From: Octopus bimaculoides
Lineage: Eukaryota
Length of the DNA stretch: 39,842 nucleotides
Reading direction: 5' to 3'
Assembly (NCBI RefSeq): GCF_001194135.2
Contig: NC_068996.1
Coordinates: 38,202,071-38,241,912 of the forward strand
Positions within the stretch are counted from its first letter, which is position 1; each line of letters begins with the position of its first letter. The translations under genes and the position numbers were made by a program. Positions 35,503 through 39,842 of the stretch are shown piece after piece. Under the pieces are notes generated by a model, which worked only from the letters and a program-made list of their open reading frames with translations, ran no database searches and was not told where the DNA came from.

Positions 35503-35806
35503 TCATCATCATCATCATCATTTAACGTCCGCTTTCCATGCTAGCACGGGTTGGACGATTTGACTGAGTACTGGTGAAACCAGATGGCTACACCAGGCTC
35601 CAATCTGATTTGGCAGAGTTTCTACAGCTGGATGCCCTTCCTAACGCCAACCACTCCAAGAGTGTAGTGGGTGCTTTTACGTGCCACTGGCACGAAGGCG
35701 AGTCAGGCGGTACTGGCAACGGCCATGCTCAAAATGGTGTATTTTATGTGCCACCTGCACAGGAGCCAGTCCAGGGGCACTGGCAACGACCTCGCTCGAA
35801 TGTCTT
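35503..35806 (-). mobile_element. RTE 3'-tail copy
   Basis: Near-identical to 3052-3300. Preceded by (TATG)n and (CA)n. Confidence 0.85.
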
Positions 35807-35995
35807 TTCGCCCCCTCCTCGAGGGGAGGTGGTTAGATGAAGAGGGGGAGGAGATATATATATAAGGGCATTACTATACATGAATGCCTCACGCTAAGAG
35901 GGTCTCTAAAGTCAAACTACCAAAATAAACACATTTTTTTTTACCAAATGCGAGGAAATGCAACTCTCAAAGCTAGCCCCTTAAAAACAGACTCA

Positions 35996-36056
35996 ACTAT
36001 AGATCATGATTTCGTAGTTTTTACAGTATTATGCAACTTCTACTCATCAGTATAGT
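35996..36056 (-). ncRNA. Type I hammerhead ribozyme, canonical core intact
   Basis: ACTATA-CTGATGA-GTAG(22-nt loop)CTAC-GAA-ATCATGAT-C-TATAGT. G10.1-C11.1 pair, AUC cleavage triplet, palindromic helix III. Confidence 0.88.
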
Positions 36057-36599
36057 ATGGTCAAGACACATAGAAATAAACAAAAACATCAACATACCAG
36101 ACGAACACCTCATGTATCCAGTATAGTACATAGAAGATTGTTTTTCCCTATATATCTATGTAAGTGGCGGGCTTTTCAAATTGCATCTCGGTACATGTGT
36201 TTTTTTTCAGAATAAATTCAGCACTGAATATATTCTGGTTATATATTTAATTAATTCAATAATAGGATGAATTCTTTAATTAAAATTTATCAAGTAGCTA
36301 GCGTGCAAAAAATCTCATAAGGGAAAAATCCATCATTTATTCCCCAAAATATATTTNNNNNNNNNNNNNNNNNNNNNNNNNNNNNNNNNNNNNNNNNNNN
36401 NNNNNNNNNNNNNNNNNNNNNNNNNNNNNNNNNNNNNNNNNNNNNNNNNNNNNNNNTATATGTGTGTGTGTGTGTGTGTGTGTATATAGTTAAGCCACTG
36501 AAAAAAGAAAACTCAATCCCAAAGTGTTCATTTCATTTACAAAATAACATAAAGATGCTGTTTCCACTATTGGTCCTCTGGCTTACAAAAACACCACTC

Positions 36600-38540
36600 T
36601 ACATGATGATGCAAAATCCATGTGCGAGATACTGCAGAGACAATACTGCTCTGTTTTCAGTAACGCTAATGCGGTTGATCTGGCTAGTATCTGTAATGTA
36701 AACCCTCAACTAACCATATCTGACATAACTTTTGGTGCTCCTGATATCCTAATAGAAATAAATAAGATCAAGCACAACTCGGCAGTAGGTCCCAATAAGC
36801 TCCCAGCCACTGTCCGGAAGATGTGTCAACATCAAATTGCACTTCCTCTAACTGAGCTCTGGAGAAACTCACTTGATGCACGCTACATTCCTGATTATTT
36901 TCTTTCCCAGTCTGTCATTCGAGGTCATCAAAAAGGGAAACAAATCTCTTGCAGTGAACTACCGTCCAGTTTCACTCACCTCTCATATCATTAAAGTATT
37001 TGAGAGGGTGGTGAGAACAAAAATAACTTACTTCCTCAAAGACAACAATCTGCTGAACCCCAATCAGCATGGTTTCCATGATGGCAAGGACTGCCTGTCG
37101 CAGCTTCTGCACCATTTTGATGACATCTTAAAAGCATTGGGAGAAGGATCCAACACTGACATCATATACCTTGATTTCAGCAAGGCATTTGGCAGAATGC
37201 ACCACAAAATCCTGCTGAAGAAACTGCCCAACTTTGGAGTCCATAGGAAGCTGTTGCAGTGGATAAAGTGTTTCCTGATGAACAGAACCCAACATGTATT
37301 TGAGGGAATACGATCCAGCTCAGCCAAAGTCAGTAGTGGTGTCTTTTCATTATCTACATCCATGACATAGTAGACGTCATCAAATATTCTATATTGAAAA
37401 TCTTTGCAGATGATACCAAACTCCAGAAAGCCATAAACAGTATGGGAGATTGAACATGCTTTCAGTCAGATCTGTTTGCTGTTGTGCAATGGGCAGAAAA
37501 ATCAGTATGCTTCTAAATTAAGACAAGCTTGATTTGATCCACTTTGGAAAAGAGGATACTCTGAAACTACCATATGCTCTTCCCTCGGGCGACTCCCTAG
37601 TGTCATCTAACAACACCTGAGACCTTGGAGTAATTGTTGATAACAATCTAAGCTGGAGTTCCCACGTAAACAGCAAGGTTGACTTGGTCTGCAAAATGTG
37701 CTCCTGGATTCTGAGAACTTTCCAGTCTAGAGATGCCCACCCCATCGTCCTTCTCTACTCTACTTTTTCCCAGCAACACCTTGAATACTGTTGCCCACTG
37801 TGTTCCCCATATGAAGCAACTCATTATGAAAGTGGAAAGACTCTAGAGATCAATAACATGAAAGCTAGACAGCATGAGAGGCATTGACTATTGGGGTCAA
37901 CTAAAAAACTCAGTCTCTACTCTCTCCAATGCCGCCAGGAGCGTTACATCATTTGTGTGGTGTGGAAAATATTCCATCAATATTCTTTTTTACGCTAGGC
38001 CCAAGGCCCGAAATTTTGGGGTAGGGGGCCAGTCAATGAGATCGACCCAGTATGCAACTGGTACTTAATTTATCGACTCCGAAAGGTGAAAGGCAAAGTT
38101 GACCTTGGCAGAATTTGAACTCAGAACGTAAAGACAGACAAAATATTCCGTCAGTATTGCACAAATAATGCTGGCATCAATTTTAAAACCCATCCAAGAC
38201 TTGGCCCCCATGCTATTTGCCCACTACAAAAATAGAACTCAGATCACATAACAACATTATGTCACAACTACTTTACCTCAACTGGTTCAGCTCTCTTTAA
38301 TACCATACCAAAATATGTGAAAACGGAAACGGATCCCATAAAATTCAAATGTTCACTGGACAAATTTCTGCAAAAAATCCTGGACCAGCCTCATACACCC
38401 AGATATGTCTCCAACAATAATAACTCTTTGCTAGAGTGGGCCATGGTACCCCATATATGACTAAAAGACTTCACCAGGTGGTGCTATTGAGTTGGACATG
38501 GACTGGGCCTATACTTGCCGAGACCTATCAAAGTTAAGTT
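36600..38540 (+). mobile_element. CR1/L2-group LINE reverse transcriptase region, decayed
   Basis: NYRPVSLTSHIIKVFER, NQHGF..CLSQLL and YLDFSKAF. Downstream IFADDTKL and DLGVIVDNNLSW occur in broken frames. Confidence 0.85.
37983..38150 (-). mobile_element. SINE inserted in the CR1-like LINE
   Basis: GAAAGGCAAAGTTGACCTTGGCAGAATTTGAACTCAGAAC is the reverse complement of the 2256-2420 core. Confidence 0.8.
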
Positions 38541-39068
38541 TTATATATATCTTCTTCTACATTTAGATTTTTTCCTCACCACCCTTCACCAACCCATCTA
38601 AATAGCTTAGATGTAGCTTACTTGACTATCCAGACTTTCTCTTATTACTTCTTAGATTACCCACCCCACCGATTTAAGTTTACTTTTATTTTTACACGAA
38701 TATCTGTGTATTTCTTTTTCTTTTTCTTTTCTTTTCTGCTCAGGACTTTATATTCCCATTTTATTTTATATTTATATTGTTGTTTCGTTTTGTCACTTTA
38801 TTGTATTGTTCTTAACCACCAACTTAACACTACACACAGAATCGTGGCAAGGTATGGACGGTTGTCGGAGGACCGAAGAAATTATGTGTAAATGGAGAAT
38901 TATACCAGGTATAGTACTATNNNNNNNNNNNNNNNNNNNNNNNNNNNNNNNNNNNNNNNNNNNNNNNNNNNNNNNNNNNNNNNNNNNNNNNNNNNNNNNN
39001 NNNNNNNNNNNNNNNNNNNNNNNNNNNNNNNNNNNNNNNGTGTTTTTTCGTGTTTTGTTCGAAAGGTA

Positions 39069-39154
39069 ACCACTCCTGAAGAAGTGCCAAACGTCTAAAT
39101 CCAATGGACCAGTCACTGGATAAGTTTGGCATAGAAATGTTAACATAGAGTGGT
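39069..39154 (+). ncRNA. Type I hammerhead ribozyme motif with expanded loop II
   Basis: ACCACTC-CTGAAGA-A-GTGCCAAAC(31 nt)GTTTGGCAT-A-GAA-ATGTTAACAT-A-GAGTGGT, followed by AATAAA. Confidence 0.8.
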
Positions 39155-39229
39155 GAATAAATCGATATATCGAATTTGAAGTCTCTGTCTCTTTTGAATA
39201 TGAAAATTTAAGAGTTTAAAAATCTTATG

Positions 39230-39260
<31 letters not shown>

Positions 39261-39321
39261 TACACATACATTTATACACATATATACATATATATATATG
39301 TCATCCTTCCCATCTTGATCT

Positions 39322-39380
39322 GCGATACGCACGGACTCGAGTTTCTGGGTATTTACCCGTCCTCAGCGTACGACAATCAC
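39322..39380 (-). ncRNA. Type I hammerhead ribozyme motif, apparently intact (GUC triplet)
   Basis: GTGAT-tgt-CGTACG-CTGAGGA-C-GGGT(aaat)ACCC-A-GAA-ACTCGAGT-C-CGTGCG-t-ATCGC. Confidence 0.82.
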
Positions 39381-39553
39381 CGACCTTCGATGCGAAAAAT
39401 ATCCCGATGCAAATACTTATATATTTTTCCAGTGAAATTATTCACTGATCTCGAAAAAGTGAAAACAAGCAATGTTAAATCTCTGAACGAGGTATTAACA
39501 GTAACTGCACGATATAAGTATTTGCATCGGGATATTTTTCGTATCGAAGGTCG

Positions 39554-39612
39554 GCGATTGTCGTACACTGAGGACAGATAAATACCCAGAAACTCGAGTC
39601 CGTGCATATCGC
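39554..39612 (+). ncRNA. Type I hammerhead ribozyme motif, helices I and II decayed
   Basis: GCGAT-tgt-CGTACA-CTGAGGA-C-AGAT(aaat)ACCC-A-GAA-ACTCGAGT-C-CGTGCA-t-ATCGC. Confidence 0.7.
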
Positions 39613-39842
39613 AGATCAAGATGGGAAGGATGACTTCCCTTTGCAAATACAGACAGGACACAGATGTGTGTCAATAGCCAGCTGGAGGAGATGTTCTCCT
39701 GGAGCTAAAAGCAACAGTAACATCCACCCTTAGGAGTCAGCCACATTTAAGTAGCAAATATACTTCACCTTGTCGTGCAGTTACTGTTAATACCTCGTTC
39801 AGACATTTAACATTGCTTATATATATATATATATATATATAT

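Larger units (their letters stand above)
39300..39819. mobile_element. Non-coding HHR-bearing element with interleaved inverted repeats, embedded in (TA)n
   Basis: Segment A (39300-39422) is inverted at 39512-39634 (6 mismatches in 123 bp). Segment B (39467-39511) is inverted at 39775-39819. Confidence 0.85.

Noticed and set aside
39300-39819. DIRS-type ITR/ICR or Ngaro split-direct-repeat architecture
   Set aside because: The internal B-A' order matches the A|B' deletion junction rather than the circle junction, the repeats are inverted rather than direct, and there is no tyrosine recombinase or RT.

Overview
AT-rich, repeat-dense animal genomic DNA with four N gaps (20349-20478, 27324-27424, 36357-36456, 38921-39039). 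The repeat families (tRNA-derived SINEs, RTE tails ending in (GAT)n) look cephalopod/octopus-like, which is an inference. One host gene is clear: the last four coding exons of TDRD3 on + (3930-5200, 6355-6417, 8431-8553, 14099-14443), comprising a long N/S/Q/H-rich low-complexity exon, a Tudor domain split over two exons and the conserved C-terminal motifs. Most of the rest is decayed transposable elements: RTE, RTE-X-like and CR1-like LINEs, Penelope-like GIY-YIG fragments, a short-LTR Mag-type Gypsy lacking RT/RNase H, two mariners, a Chapaev3-type transposase, SINEs and fold-back MITEs. The most striking feature not visible in the ORF track is a concentration of type I hammerhead ribozyme (HHR) motifs. 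Seven lie between 24.6 and 39.6 kb, in five apparently unrelated non-coding families. They include an intact canonical copy (35996-36056, -), two inverted pairs built on units of about 350 nt (28920-29566; 39300-39819) and one fused behind a tRNA-derived SINE head (24505-24767). These look like Penelope-dependent retrozyme-like elements. All RNA folds were derived by eye, and no activity or expression can be shown from sequence alone.
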